NCBI GenBank assembly: GCA_012295275.1 | Contig: CM022667.1 | Coordinates: 372,001-436,000 of the forward strand | Direction: 5' to 3' | Source of the DNA: Chrysomallon squamiferum | Taxonomy: Eukaryota > Animalia > Mollusca | Length of the DNA: 64,000 bases | Part shown: positions 1-13,165 of the stretch, piece by piece | Layout of the letters: the number at the start of each line of letters is the position of its first letter | How positions within the stretch are numbered: position 1 is the stretch's first letter | Program-made: the position numbers and the translations under genes | The notes under the pieces: model-generated | Databases searched by the model: none | Told to the model about the DNA's origin: nothing | The model's input: only the letters and a program-made list of their open reading frames with translations

Positions 1-223
1 GTGTGTGTGTGTGTGTGCGCGTGTGCGCGCGCAAACGTTATTAATAAATGATTAAATTCGGTTCATATCTTCCCCAGCTGCTCACAGAACACTCGCACGA
101 GAACATTATTTACATCATAAATGCACAAAATGTTTATAGTAATGAAATTAAGTGTTTTATTTTATCCAGTATCTTTTAGTTACAAAAATCAACATATAAT
201 TTCATTTCTTTTTTTTTTAATAG

Positions 224-664
224 TCTCATATAGGTGTTATTTTGGGACCCAAGTTGACAGAAAATCTTTTTGGATGGATGTTGGCAACAGACCACAAACA
301 CAAAGATGTCGTGGAGTTGACAGGTCCAACATTTATGTTATGTATTTCCAAACTTCTGCGAGGAAGTGTGACTGATCGATCACATATAATTCTCAGTTTA
401 GCTGCACATGGAAGTGCTACAGTTGGTGGTAGAGAACTGCTAAAAGTAATTATATATGAATACATATTTTTCCTTTTTTAGTTATTTAGAGAACAGCAGA
501 AATGACCTCCACACAATTTTAGAACCATTTAAAAAGGCTTATAAGTATACCCTTCTATTCTGTTTTATTCTATTTTCATTTTTTTTTTTTTTTTTTTTTT
601 CATAGTGTTTTTGTTATTTATTTATTTTTTTTTCATTATTTTTTATTATTTATTTTATTATTAG

Positions 665-708
<44 letters not shown>

Positions 709-3700
709 GTTTTTTTTGTGTAGTTAAACACAAATATGTATATAAAATATTAATATCATTTTTTTAATGTAGAATATCTGTTCCAATACCTTTAGTTTAA
801 GACATGAATGTAAAGTAATGAGCCATATTATTACAATTATATGTATCCATATTAAAATTGTAGTAGATTATTTGTTTTCTAAGTATAATTTGAAAATAAC
901 CTACAATGCACTGACTGACTTGGGATGACTCAGACAATATTTAATTATTTTTTCAAATGATTTTCCTGCTTTTTAATTATTCTTTAAAAGAACTTACTGG
1001 TCTGATTTTGTACTGACACAACATTTTTATAATATGACATAGCTGAAGTCAGACATTGGTATATATATTAAGTAAGGATACTTTTTTCCTTAATAATACA
1101 CAAAAATTTAAATATATATAAGTACAAATTTTACAAAATTGTAAAAATGGGAGAATGGATTTTTCTGATCTTAAAGCTAGAAAAGTGTCATTATGGATTT
1201 TTTTTCAGTGTGTGGAAATGTTGCTTTACTCCTTTGCGAGAGTTGTGGAAAAGACGCCATCATTCAAGTCGTGGATTCTGCATCGATCAGAGGAATCATT
1301 CACAAGACTGGCTCTGTCACTGCTTGAAGATCTTTTCCACACAGGTTATTCCTTTTTGAACAGCACAAATCTTTTCTTCTTCCTTTTTTCTAGTTATTTA
1401 ATATATATATATATATATTATTAATTTAAATGTTTTTTACTTGAAGGTGATCCTAAGAATAAAGGTCTGGGTTTGCCTGTTGTTCCTGAAGAATCTCATT
1501 TTACTGCTGATGAAATTGAAAACTGGCTGACAAGATCTTCTTTGTTTCTACAGATTTTTGAAAATGTATTCAACAAATGCTTTCGTACTTATAAAGTAAG
1601 GCAGTTTCAGTGTAATTTTTCCATTAAAAAAACTACTAATAGTTATATTAATTTTGTTGCAGGTGTTACTTTATTAAGAGTTTATGTAAATGGGAGATGT
1701 TAAAAGCCGTAGTTAAATTATATTATACAAATGATTATTTCTTGATAATGTTGTAAAAACAAATTATTTACATAGGCTGTATTATTTCTTTCTTTTTTTC
1801 TTCTTATTTTTGGGACACAGTAATTAAAAATCTTTCATATTTTCACCTTTGATCTGTTTCTTGTTCACTTTTAATTTATCAAAGGTGTCAATCTATGCTA
1901 TGAATAAAATTATAAAGCATTTTTCTTTTTGAAAAAATCCCTTTTTGCCAACAAAGAGGTTGTCCCATTCATCTTCTTTTTATTTATCAACATTAAATAA
2001 GATACCATGTTTGTCATATAACAAATAATAATACTAAAATGATTGTGTTGGTTTAACATTGGATTATTATTGTATTTTTAGGTTGTTCAAGACAAAAGGC
2101 AACTCAGTGTGCCCAGAATACCTGTTGCCAAAAATGTAGACTGGTCTCACGTAAAGACAATATTGGATTTTCCAAGTCTTGTGTTTCTCAACTCCTGTTT
2201 ACCCCCTGACTTGCAACACGAATGGAGGTTTCTGTTTAGCAATCAGACATTTGGGGACAGTTTCTCACAAATGGTTCAACACATTGCAGGTCCCAACAAG
2301 GGACCCAGTGTTCTTGTTGTTAAAGACAAAGATGGACATGTGTTTGGTGGATTTGCCAGTGTCTCTTGGCAAGTAAATGCAAAGTTTACAGGTAAAAATG
2401 AAATTTTTATAACTAACATGCATAAATATTTTATGCTGTTTTCAGTGCTGAGTTTTGGATTTCTGATAATAAAAATAAAAATAATGATAAATTAAGGATT
2501 TGGAAAAAGTTAGTAATTTTAATTCCAAACAAAATCTTAAAATATGAAGAATTAATCTATAAAATTATATATTTTTGAAAGAATTGCAATAAAATTTTAG
2601 ATTTTGCTAAAGAATCTTATGAACTAAAAAAAAAAAAATAATAGAAAAATAATATACTGGATATATCAAATGAATTTTAGTATAATTCTTAATATTTATT
2701 TAAGAATTTCAGTAAAATGCAGACTTTAATAAAAGTATTCATTCTAAATTTATTATTATTTTCTCAGGTGATACTCAGTGTTTTTTATTCAGTCTTTCTC
2801 CACATTTTGGTGCCTATTCAGCAACAGGCTACAATGATCATTACATGTATCTCAATTATAACGTACAGACAATGCCAAATGGTTTGGTGAGTATAAGTCT
2901 TGATTTACAGTAAAGTTTGGAAAACAAGAAATTTGTTATCTTCGTGTCATTTGAAAGTTTTTCATATATAGTTCATAATTCAGTCTTTTAACAATTCCAT
3001 AATATTTGGTTTCTTTAAATCTGAAATAATCAAGTCAGTTATAGGATATTTATTATTTTTAAGTAATTTGAGGCACCTTTTGTTATTTTGTTATTTTTTG
3101 TTATTTTATTTTATTTTATTATATTACTTTTTGGTTTCATTTCAATTTATTAATTGCAGGGAATGGGAGGACAGTTTGAATACTTTGGATTGTGGATAGA
3201 TCATTCTTTTACTGCTGGCCACAGTAAAGCAGGTCCAAAATGTACAACTTACGGTAGTCCACAGTTGTCACAGAAACCTGATTTTGAAGTTGACATAGTT
3301 GAGGTTTGGGCTGTTGGACCAGAGAAAAAAGTTGAAGGAGAAGACGACTCAGATGAGGTTTGTACTATAATCCTAGCATACTTTATTAGCAAACAGTAAA
3401 TAAAATTCATAATTGTTAAGTATTAATAATATATTTTTTAACATTTTCTTCTTCTTGATTTTTTTTTCATAAACTTAAATAATGCCAATCAAAAAAAATA
3501 TATTATTGGTTGTCTGAGAGAAAAGTAGATTTAAAAAAAAAAAAAAATGCCAAGATGTAAGGATTAAAATATATTTAAAAAAAAAAAAAAAGTTGTTAAA
3601 TTTCATTTAGTTTAAAACAGATAATGTTGTTAAATAATAACAGATTCAAAAAAATATATATTTTCAGGATGCTGATGCAGAGAAGAAGAAGAGTGTTTTA

Positions 3701-3826
3701 GACAAAGACCCCCAGGCTCTGGCCATGCTGTCTCTCATTGGAAAGGGACCAGTCAGTGAGGGACTGCGGGAGGGAGATGAAACAGCAGACAATCCAGAAC
3801 ACAATAAAGTTATTTCTTTGTTCTGA
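224..3826 (+). CDS. MEAK7: MTOR-associated protein MEAK7 / TLDc domain-containing protein 1, 5'-truncated (N-terminal exon(s) upstream of window)
   Basis: Exons join(224..445,1209..1344,1447..1595,2082..2391,2768..2886,3160..3357,3668..3826), all AG/GT bounded with matching phases (0,1,0,1,0,0); 430 aa in window. TLDc motifs WRFLFS, GDSFSQM, GHVFGGFAS, CFLFS, TGYNDHYMYLN, PNGLGMGGQ, YFGLWID, CTTYGSPQLS, VEVWAVG. C-terminal KSVLDKDP..SEGLRE matches recalled MEAK7. AATAAA at 3831. Confidence 0.93.
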
Positions 3827-5024
3827 TCTGAATAAATTTTAAATTTCATGTGTAATAATTTCGCAAAAAAACAAAGACATGGGAATTTATGAAAGTGGAC
3901 TTCATGAATACTCAGAAATACGCTTTAAGGAATTTATGAAAGTGAACATGCTGACATTTATGAATATTTCACAAAAATTACATGGATAAAAAGAAAAACC
4001 CAGTGAAATTTCTGTTTGCAAATTTAGCACTAACATTTTCAAGATAGTTTGATGGTGCATTACTTTTTCCTAATGAGAACTTACACAAAGAGATATTTTG
4101 TACTACTGAAAAAGAAAAACCCAAAACACCTGTGACATATTTTCCTTGAGTTACAAAATTGGGATGGCCTCCCTTGAGGCTAATTACAATAGATGTGAAT
4201 TTTATCCTATTTAATAGGATACTTTATTAAAAGGGATGTCAATACTTGTTTATACATTCCATTGGTGGTTTTTTTTATGATATATTATGAGATTAATACT
4301 GTAACTTACTTACAAAAAACTTACTCAATAATCAGTTTTTACAGTTTGAAATAACAGTTTATTAAAATTTATCATTTTATAATAATAAATTATATCTGAT
4401 GCTGGAAACTAATAATCCTGTTTGTTTTGGTTTGTTTGTTTGTTTGTTTTCATTTGTGTTATTTATTTTTTTCTTCAGAATGAAAATAGAAAACTATTAA
4501 CAGTTGAGAAAATAAAATGGCAGTGTAATACAACAGTTACTTTACAGATCCATAACTATTATAGTCTACTTTGAAGCAATATTTTAAGGTTTGCAGTAAT
4601 TTTTTCTCAGTTATATTCATGATATTATATATTTTTTTTTTTTTTTATTTTTTTTTTTTTTTGTTACTGTATTATTACTAATAAAATAAATATATTTTAT
4701 TACAATTTATTTTAAATATTATCATTATTTAGGTTTTTAAACATTTTTATGAACACGAACACAACTAAAACTGCAAAATGTACCATATGAATGCATATTT
4801 TAAATAGTACTCAGTTAAATATTATTTATATAAAGTTTATGTTAAATTCATTCAGTAAATAATTATTTTCTTTCTTTTGAAATGCTTCCTCTCCCTCCAA
4901 AAAGGTAAGGAACAATTTAAAAATTGTGATTATATATTATATTTGACCAGTCTTCAACTGTCATTTATTCTTTATAAATGATATTAGAGTGATCTCCCTT
5001 CACGGAAGCGACAAATGGTACAGC

Positions 5025-5996
5025 ATGGCGAAAGAAAGAAGTATGAGAAACGACAGGACTTCAAATATGCCGAAAACGTCGTTTATGAATTATGCACGAA
5101 ATTACCGAAGTGAGTCAAGAGGTGCTGGCAAGAAACCTTTGCCAGAACCAATTCATGTTGGACATTTTATTATGATGGTTGTTATCAAACTCTGTCGTTC
5201 GGTTCTTTTGGTTGATACTTCTGTAAAAATCGGATTGTATTTGATGGGTGTTTTGGTCGGTTCTGTCATATGTGATCTTTTCGCTTTCCCAAGATCTTAT
5301 TTCTCCAACAAGAACAATATCCTGAATCAAATGTTTGTAAAATTAGGATGGGGGTGGACATTTACTCTGATGTTAACGTTCATTTTTCTTACTAGCTACG
5401 TTTATTGCTGCGGAAATTGGAGCTACATTAGAAGACATCTACTCAGGCTAGCAGTGGGAACGTTTTGGTGGTATGTATGTACAAATATGTTTGTACACGT
5501 AGAAAAAAACATCGGTGTATGCACCTCAAAAGCCTTTAAAGACAAAGTTGCTTGTGAGAAAGCAGGGAAAAGTTGGCTAGGATTTGACATCTCTGGACAT
5601 TGTTTCTTACTCATACACTGCCTTTTGATAATTAATGAAGAAATGAAGCCTTTCAAAGATTGGAGCAAGTTAGGAGAATTACTTCAGGATGAGGAACTGA
5701 AAGACAAAAGAAAAGTGACTGAAAAAGAAATATACCAGGCTCAAGTTTCATTCAAATCGCTGACACCATTGATTAAAGTAAATGTGATAGCAATCACTTT
5801 GCTTGCCCTTCTCTGGGAGTTAATGTTGTTTATAACTGTTATATACAGGTTTCACACTCTTCCGCAGAAAGTAACTGCAACATTTCTAGCAATAGCTTGT
5901 TGGTTTGTTAGTTACAGAATATTATTCCGAACCAAAGGAAATTGGTTACCATTGCAGCCTGGAGAAACACCTCTTTCATACATGAAGTTGTCATAG
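5025..5996 (+). CDS. FITM2: Fat storage-inducing transmembrane protein (FIT family acyl-CoA diphosphatase), uninterrupted CDS, 323 aa
   Basis: Single ORF; first ATG at 5025 (the track's GTG start at 4989 is unlikely). FIT signatures YFSNKNNILNQMFVKLGWGWT, CEKAGKSWLGFDISGHCFLL and YRFHTLPQK (both catalytic His), plus multiple TM segments. Confidence 0.95.
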   Translation: MAKERSMRNDRTSNMPKTSFMNYARNYRSESRGAGKKPLPEPIHVGHFIMMVVIKLCRSVLLVDTSVKIGLYLMGVLVGSVICDLFAFPRSYFSNKNNILNQMFVKLGWGWTFTLMLTFIFLTSYVYCCGNWSYIRRHLLRLAVGTFWWYVCTNMFVHVEKNIGVCTSKAFKDKVACEKAGKSWLGFDISGHCFLLIHCLLIINEEMKPFKDWSKLGELLQDEELKDKRKVTEKEIYQAQVSFKSLTPLIKVNVIAITLLALLWELMLFITVIYRFHTLPQKVTATFLAIACWFVSYRILFRTKGNWLPLQPGETPLSYMKLS

Positions 5997-8557
5997 TAAT
6001 AGACACCTGCAAAACTTAATTAACTTGTTTGTTTTATTTATCCAGTGTAAAGTTAGACTTGGTTTAAATTCAAAGAAAATATATTTGTATGAAAATATTT
6101 TAAAAGTAATTTGAAAAAGAAACATTTGTTATAATTATTTTCTTGGAATTTTTTTTTAATATTCAGTTCATTTTTTTAAATTTTGATGAATATTAATTTT
6201 AAATCTATACATTTTATAAATTTATAACATGGCATTTGTCAATATTTTTTATTTTATGACATCTGCTTATTAACAAAATGCATTTTGCATCAGAATTTGT
6301 CAGTATATTTATTATGCCTTCTATTTATTCTTTTGAAATTTTTTGTTTTAGTGCAGTGCACCGAAAAAAAAGAGCTATTTAATCTAATTGGTTTATACAT
6401 TTTTAAAAACAGATTTATTTTAATATAATTGTGCATTGTTAATAATTTGTTACATTAATGGTGCTTTAAAAGAAATTATTAAATAGATGTTATCACATTA
6501 CATAGATGTTTTTTCCTTTAAAAGTTAATGTGTAAAAATGGATTGTTTATATTATTCTCAGTTGTGTCTGGCGCAAATATGTTCAATTATGTTTAATGCT
6601 ATTATTATTTATATTTATATATACATTTATTTATTTATTTACTGTGTAACGTTTTGAAATTCCACTGATTAGAATCCGTACTTATATCAAGAATAAACTC
6701 CCACAGTATTTGTTACCCATGTTGGTATGTTTACATTGGCCAGTGTGTAATTGCATAAATTAATCATATTTGTATTTTGAACAATCCTTGATGGAATGTT
6801 TCTGTATGTGTTATATTGCATAATTAAATTACCACCTCTTTAATTATTGTTTGTTTTCACTAATGTTAATCCCCATCTGCATATTTCTGTCTTTTCGTGA
6901 TTGTTACCACTAACATCACCAAAAGAAATCATTATTGACATCAAACAGATTAACATTTAAGAAATGTTAAAATGTAATTAAAGAAAAGTGTTGGTGTTTT
7001 ATAATTATTTATGAAATACAATCAACAATTTATATATATAATCAGTATCTGTAGAATTAATTTGTAATGTAACAAAAAGTGCATATGCTTGATAAATTTT
7101 GAATCCATTACACATATATTTTGTTAAATGTATTCTGTGAAGTGTATAATTTTCATCAAAAGACACAGAACAATATTATTGCCACCACTGTTTGAAGTAC
7201 AGAAAACTAATTTTAAATCAAATTTCCTTTAAACTCTACCCGAATAATGTATGTTTAAAGATATTTTGATTATTTTATTTTAGTGCTGAGTTTGAAGATA
7301 TTTGAAGTAAATTATAGTCATACAAAACAACTCGAACATTCCAATACAAAGAAATATTTAATTGTTTACAAAAACTAATTTCTAAAACAGAAAATCACTG
7401 GTATGTATATGTATATATGTATATAAAATTACAATAAAAAATCCAACAAAAATGGCTGTATATATGTACACACATAAATAAAAATAAAAAGTAATTATTA
7501 AATGCCAGAATTTAATAAACCACCATTTCTAGTAACATTTTTGAATAATCATGTTAAATTTCTAATTTTACACCTAGTATTGCACATTTAGACTAGAAAA
7601 TAAAAAAGAAAAAGACATATAAACCAAAACATTTGTATTTGCACCTGTTACTTCTTACATTGACTGCAGTAAAGCATTAAGACTTTCTTTTAAACTTTAC
7701 AAGTTAGGGTAACTTAAATTTAAAGTACAAAATTATTGATAGTGTGAGAAATTTCTTATTAATCACCTGTTACCATTCATTCTTAATTCAAGACTCATTT
7801 TTAAGTGAAGAAGGTTTATCAGCTCAACCTTAAGAGTTTTTCTAAATATATTATTAGGAGATTAAATATATTATTAACACTGGAAATAACTATATAAAAA
7901 ATAATAATAATTAAAAATGATATAGTTGCAAAATTTAAAGTTTCTATTGCCAAATTTTGGCAATATTTCTGAAATCTCTGTATATATATAACTATTTTTC
8001 AGGATACAAGACAACTGTTTTTGTTGTAACAAGGAATGTATATTTTTATTGTAATATTTTGTCCAGTTATAAACATTAAGTTAATTTTATCACAGTGTAA
8101 AATAAACTGGTAAAAATAATTTACAAGTCCAAGGTATTTTCCTGTTTGCATTGCCAAAAATGTTCCCACATTGACAAAACAAATGTTTAACATTTTTTTT
8201 CTTTTTTTTTATCCTTTAAGCAGAAATATTTGGTCCCCGACACATAAGATAAGAAGACTGATATCACAATTTGGTAAAAGATAAATATAAAATGAAAAAA
8301 AAAAAGAACACAAGCAAAACAACCTGAAACATGCTGTCTTGAGAAAGAAAGACAGGGGGAAAATAAAAATGTAAAAAAAAAAAAAAGGTGTAAATTAATT
8401 ACAAATGCTCAAAAATGTATGTATAAAACAAGAATTGTTACTTCAAAAACAGTGACAAATGATATGAATTGTTTAAAAGTTTTTATATATATATAGATAT
8501 CAACAAATTACATAAAAACTTGATCAAGGAAAGAGGGAAAAACATCACTAGAACTGT

Positions 8558-11500
8558 TCAGAATTTATATTTGTGAATTAAAAAAAAAGCCAGGCCGATG
8601 GCCAAGCCAGCTGTTGCAATTCCACCAACAGCTGGAAGAGCTGCTTTAGCCTTTTTCTTGAGGAAGTGTTTCATCATGAAGCTCCTGGCAGACTTTATTA
8701 CTTCAGTGCAGGTTTGTCGTTTCTGTACTCGCTTCCAATACGCTTGAATATTTGGACGTTTCTCGTGGGGGAAGAACATTTTCTCCAGACCGAGGAAACT
8801 GACTCGTGCCAGGAGACAGACGAGAGTGATGTCAGCAGCGGAGAATTCCGCACCACACAACCAACAGTCGTCACATTTTTCTGAAATCATTAAGATGAGA
8901 AATTTTAAAAATAGTGGCGTTACAAGTAAGTATTTTAACAAGTACAATAGTGCCTCAGCATTTGTTACTTTTGAAACTCTAAAATTCTGTTTTTCTGAAG
9001 AGAAGATTATGCTTCTCTTCTTAAATTAGTCTTAATGGCGATATCCACCTTGGTAACAAAGAGGATAAATGAAATAATTTAACAACACCATTTACAGTTG
9101 TTGAATGTCAATCTCTTCTTTATTTTGTTCTTTTTATTTCCACTGGTGACATCATATTTTATTAAATTAAAATTTTTAAATTATCTTTTAGAATATTTAG
9201 CTAAGTTCATGATTCAGGACAATTTAATTTTCAGACAATATTCATCTAAAAAAAAACACCAGTGCTTTAAATAGGACTAAAGTAGATGCAAACTACATTA
9301 AAATTATATTCAAATTTGTTAGCTAGAATCTAGAATATAAAAACACACAACAAAAAAAGATTAAAATATTCTGGAATCTGAATTTAAAAAAATACTTAAA
9401 ACATAATTAAATATATCAAAAACCAACCTATTTTCATACATCTAAGCTGTTCTTCCAGTTTATCAAACACTGCATCAACTGAATTCAAAACTTCTTGAAT
9501 TTTGTTTTTGTCTTGCATAATATCTATTTTTTTTGAGATCTCTTGTGCCTTGGCTGTGTAAGCTTCACGGAGATCAGGATGCTCTTCAGACAGAGCAGCC
9601 AGCACTTTCAAAGTTCGTGCTGCCCGCTCCTTGAACTCTAAATTAATTTTTAAAAAAGATTTTGTAATATAAAACTATATTGCTGAAAAGGCCTTAGAAA
9701 AAAAGAAAAAGAAAAAATAAAGAAAAGAAATTTACTTAGCAATTAATATTTTTGTTAATTTTGAAGGTGTTGAAATTCAAAAATAAAAAGTAATTTTGAA
9801 AAAATATTGATCTGTTATCAATAATTTTTTTTTTTTCTTTCATAAGGTTTATAAAAATCATCAGTGATCACTGAAAACAGATTGTATACAAAAAAAAAAA
9901 AATTATTTAAAATTTTTAAGATATTTTTAAAAATGCATTATTATTATCATTATTATTAATTTTGTTTTTTTTTCGTTTTTTGTTTTTATTAATGGAATTA
10001 CACTGAATTTGTTGTGAATTTACAGATTACATCATTTTTCTGTTTCACAAGTGGCTTTGATACCTTTTGATTCTGTCCTCAAAGGCCTACACGACAGCAA
10101 TTCATTAGGCAACAGTTCAGGATGAAAGATTGTTCCAAACGTTAGCATTTCAACTTTTACATCATAAAGTAATTTGCGAAATTTGGCAACTTGCTTCCCG
10201 AATTCAGACTCAGTTCCAGGTACTAGTCGTACATCTGAGGAAAATTTTTTAAAATTTAAATAAATGAAATATAAATAAATAAAAAGGTAAATTAAATTTA
10301 TATTGTCATTGTTTTTCTTTTTGCAAACAGATTCTTTTTAATTTCTATGTAAAAATTATTTTATTTATATAAATATTTTTAACATTTCTGTTTTCTTTTT
10401 TTAGTAAATCTTACCAAATATTAATGTATTAGCTGCAGGATAAAGATAATGTTTTGTGAACAATACTTAATACTAATGGGGAGCAAATTCCAAACTAAAG
10501 ACATGTTAATCAGAATAAAATATTATATAACATTTTGATTGTTTTCACAGTTTTATCTGTATCAGATTGATTAATCAGATTGTTTATCAGAAGGATTAAG
10601 GATAAGTAATCCAGAACTATGACAGTCAACACATTTTGTAAGCTGGTGTAATTCTAACATACATAAAAGTTGGGAAAGATATCTGGCATGAATCCCTTGA
10701 TATAATTTTTCTAAACATTTTTCTTCATATTGAAATTTATTACTTCTACAAAGTTATATTAAACATAAGCCTGTTGAGTTTTGTCCTTACAGTTTATTAT
10801 TTACACATACACATAGGTAAAATAACTGAACAAATAAGATACACCAAACAAAATAATTTGATATAATAAACCATTTACACACATACACACATGCAAACAG
10901 ATTATAACTTCTTTACTTCAAAATTTAAGAAAATCTAAAAATCTAAAACTTTGTTATTGTTATCAGTGTTTTGACTAGTTTATTGAATATCTGTTACTAA
11001 CTGAATTAGAAGATTTACTGACCTGAATTAATTTCTTTGTCTATGTAGTCTATAATATCTTCTGAGTCCCTAACTAGTTTTTCTCCATCTCTAAGCACAG
11101 GCACTTCTCCCAGACTATTAATTCTCATATACCATGCCTCTGTGTGTTCTAGTTCAAACAGATTGACAAGTTTTAACTGAAAAACTGCATTTTTCTCTTT
11201 CAGTGCTATTAAAACCTGTTTAAGTATAAAAAAAAATATATATAATAATAATAAAATAAAAAAATTAATAATTTGAATGATTTGGAATGTAAACATTACC
11301 AGTCTTATATACATACATATATATATAAGTTTTTGGTATTATACATTTATTATATATAAAAAACAATAATAACATTAACTTTTTTTATTTCTAAATTATT
11401 ATTATTATTAGTAGTAGTAGTAGTAGTAGTTTTAGTAGCAGCAGCAGCAGTAGTAGTAGTAATAGTAGTAGTAGTAGTATTTAATCAATCCAGTGTGGCA

Positions 11501-11928
11501 TATTCTTCTAACTGATCAGTTGTCTCGCTTGACCCGTTTCATCGTGCACGGTGTCTAGGGTTTAATGGAATAGCATTAATATTTAATGCCGCAGATGTCA
11601 ATTCTCTTAGAGTCATTATTTTTAAAAGTATATTTCTTTCGAATTCAATAAGAAAAGTGACATAATACAGTTATGTATCAAAATATAGTTTAATATATTC
11701 GTCCACTGCCCGTTACTTTCAGAATGAACTTGATGAAGGTAAATCTGATGCTGCGTAATTCAGAATTTGTAAATTATTAAAACCATCTAATTTTAAAATA
11801 TAATAATAAAAACAAAGTTTTAATAGTTCTCTGATAAGCATGCGTTCTAATATTATTATCTTGCGTAAACGTACCTTTTGCGAACAGTATGACGTTGGAA
11901 AATAATAAAGTGTAAATCTGTTGTCCAT
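8558..11928 (-). CDS. GDAP1: Ganglioside-induced differentiation-associated protein 1 (GST-like, tail-anchored mitochondrial outer membrane protein), 316 aa
   Basis: Exons complement(join(8558..8880,9428..9637,10064..10234,11023..11215,11875..11928)), phases 0,1,1,1. Motifs TLYYFPTSYCSQKVLIALKEK, EHTEAWYMRINSLGEVPVL, LTFGTIFHPEL, EEHPDLREAYTAK, WLCGAEFSAADITL, RPNIQAYWKRV. C-terminal TM flanked by basic residues. The exon-3 donor (GTATCA) is the least certain junction. Confidence 0.93.
9034..9155. repeat. Dispersed 122-bp repeat, copy 1 (GDAP1 last intron)
   Basis: Ungapped direct match to 13044-13165 (aatgg.gatatccacctt.gtaacaaagaggataaat...tggtgacatcat). Confidence 0.85.
11394..11480. repeat. 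Compound (ATT)/(AGT)/(AGC) microsatellite in GDAP1 intron 1
   Basis: Read directly from the sequence. Confidence 0.9.
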
Positions 11929-13043
11929 CGTGTTTTTGGAAGTTAATTCGAATTATCTGCCCTTACGTCTGAAGAAGCTTGTCAGAAAAGTGCGGAATTA
12001 AAAACGCAATACAGGGGCGACAACTCTGAATTATTTTACTAGTAAATTTTTAAATTGACTTCTACATAAATACTAGTAATACCAATTAAAGAAAACTAAT
12101 TTATTTCTTTGACAAATTATCCTTGTCAATATATATAAAAAAAATTGTTGTTCAGAAGTATCAGTTTTATTTATCAGTTATGATTAATATATATATTTCA
12201 TGTCCATAAAACTAAATGTTGTAGCTTTTCGATTTTTTTTTTTTTTTTTTTTATCAAATCACTTGGAGAGCAAATTGCAAAAAGAAATTGATTGTCCTGC
12301 TAAAGCTTGATATCTGGCTTCCCAGCTGGGTACCATTTAGTGTATCCAAGAAAAATAATCGGATAAAAAAAAAAAAAAAAAAAATACCCGCCCCCCCCAA
12401 AAAAAAACCCCATAAAAATAATGTTAAAATATTTATTCCTTATTAATTATTTTATTCAATACAAAAATAAGTTAACAGTTATACACCACAATGTTAGGTA
12501 GGTCACACACTTCACAGGATGAATTAATTAAGTTACATTATTAGTATAGAGTAACATCACTGTGAATGGGTTAGCTGTTTAGAATGAAGGGATTAAAGGG
12601 CAAGTTATGAATTAAAAATATTATCTTTCAGATTGTGAAAAATCCCTTTTAAGGTTGATAAGCATTATTTTAATTCTCACAAATTCTCATAGTATTTTAG
12701 GTTTACTCATATGGCAAAGATATATACATATTTCTTCAGTCTTCTTTCTAATTTTTCAAACTCTTCTTGTTTCATATTAAGGTTTTATCATTATTATTAT
12801 ATAATTATTTTTTTTATGTTTCTTATTTCAGCTTCGTACACAAAGCCTTTCTTTTTTATACACTGTTGTAAGCTTTGTAAGTTTTGTTAATTCTTTTTAC
12901 AAAATAATTTCATTGTCTTTAATATTTGAAAAGTCTAACAGTTTTCCCTGAATCTGACTTTAATTCACAATGAGACCAATCAGCAAAGCATGTGGCATTT
13001 TAGCTGATCAACAGTTGTTTTTGTTTTTGTATCATAATGATAA

Positions 13044-13165
13044 AATGGTGATATCCACCTTTGTAACAAAGAGGATAAATAAAATAATTTAACAACATCG
13101 GTTTCAATTGCTGAATGTCTGTTTCTTCTTTATCTTGTTCTTTGTTTTTCCATTGGTGACATCAT
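13044..13165. repeat. Dispersed 122-bp repeat, copy 2 (upstream of GDAP1)
   Basis: Ungapped direct match to 9034-9155. Confidence 0.85.

Noticed and set aside
4989-5024. GTG-initiated N-terminal extension of FITM in the ORF track
   Set aside because: Eukaryotic gene with an in-frame ATG in good context (AGCATGG) at 5025.
7704-7710. TTAGGG telomeric motif
   Set aside because: Single hexamer; no telomeric array seen in the window.
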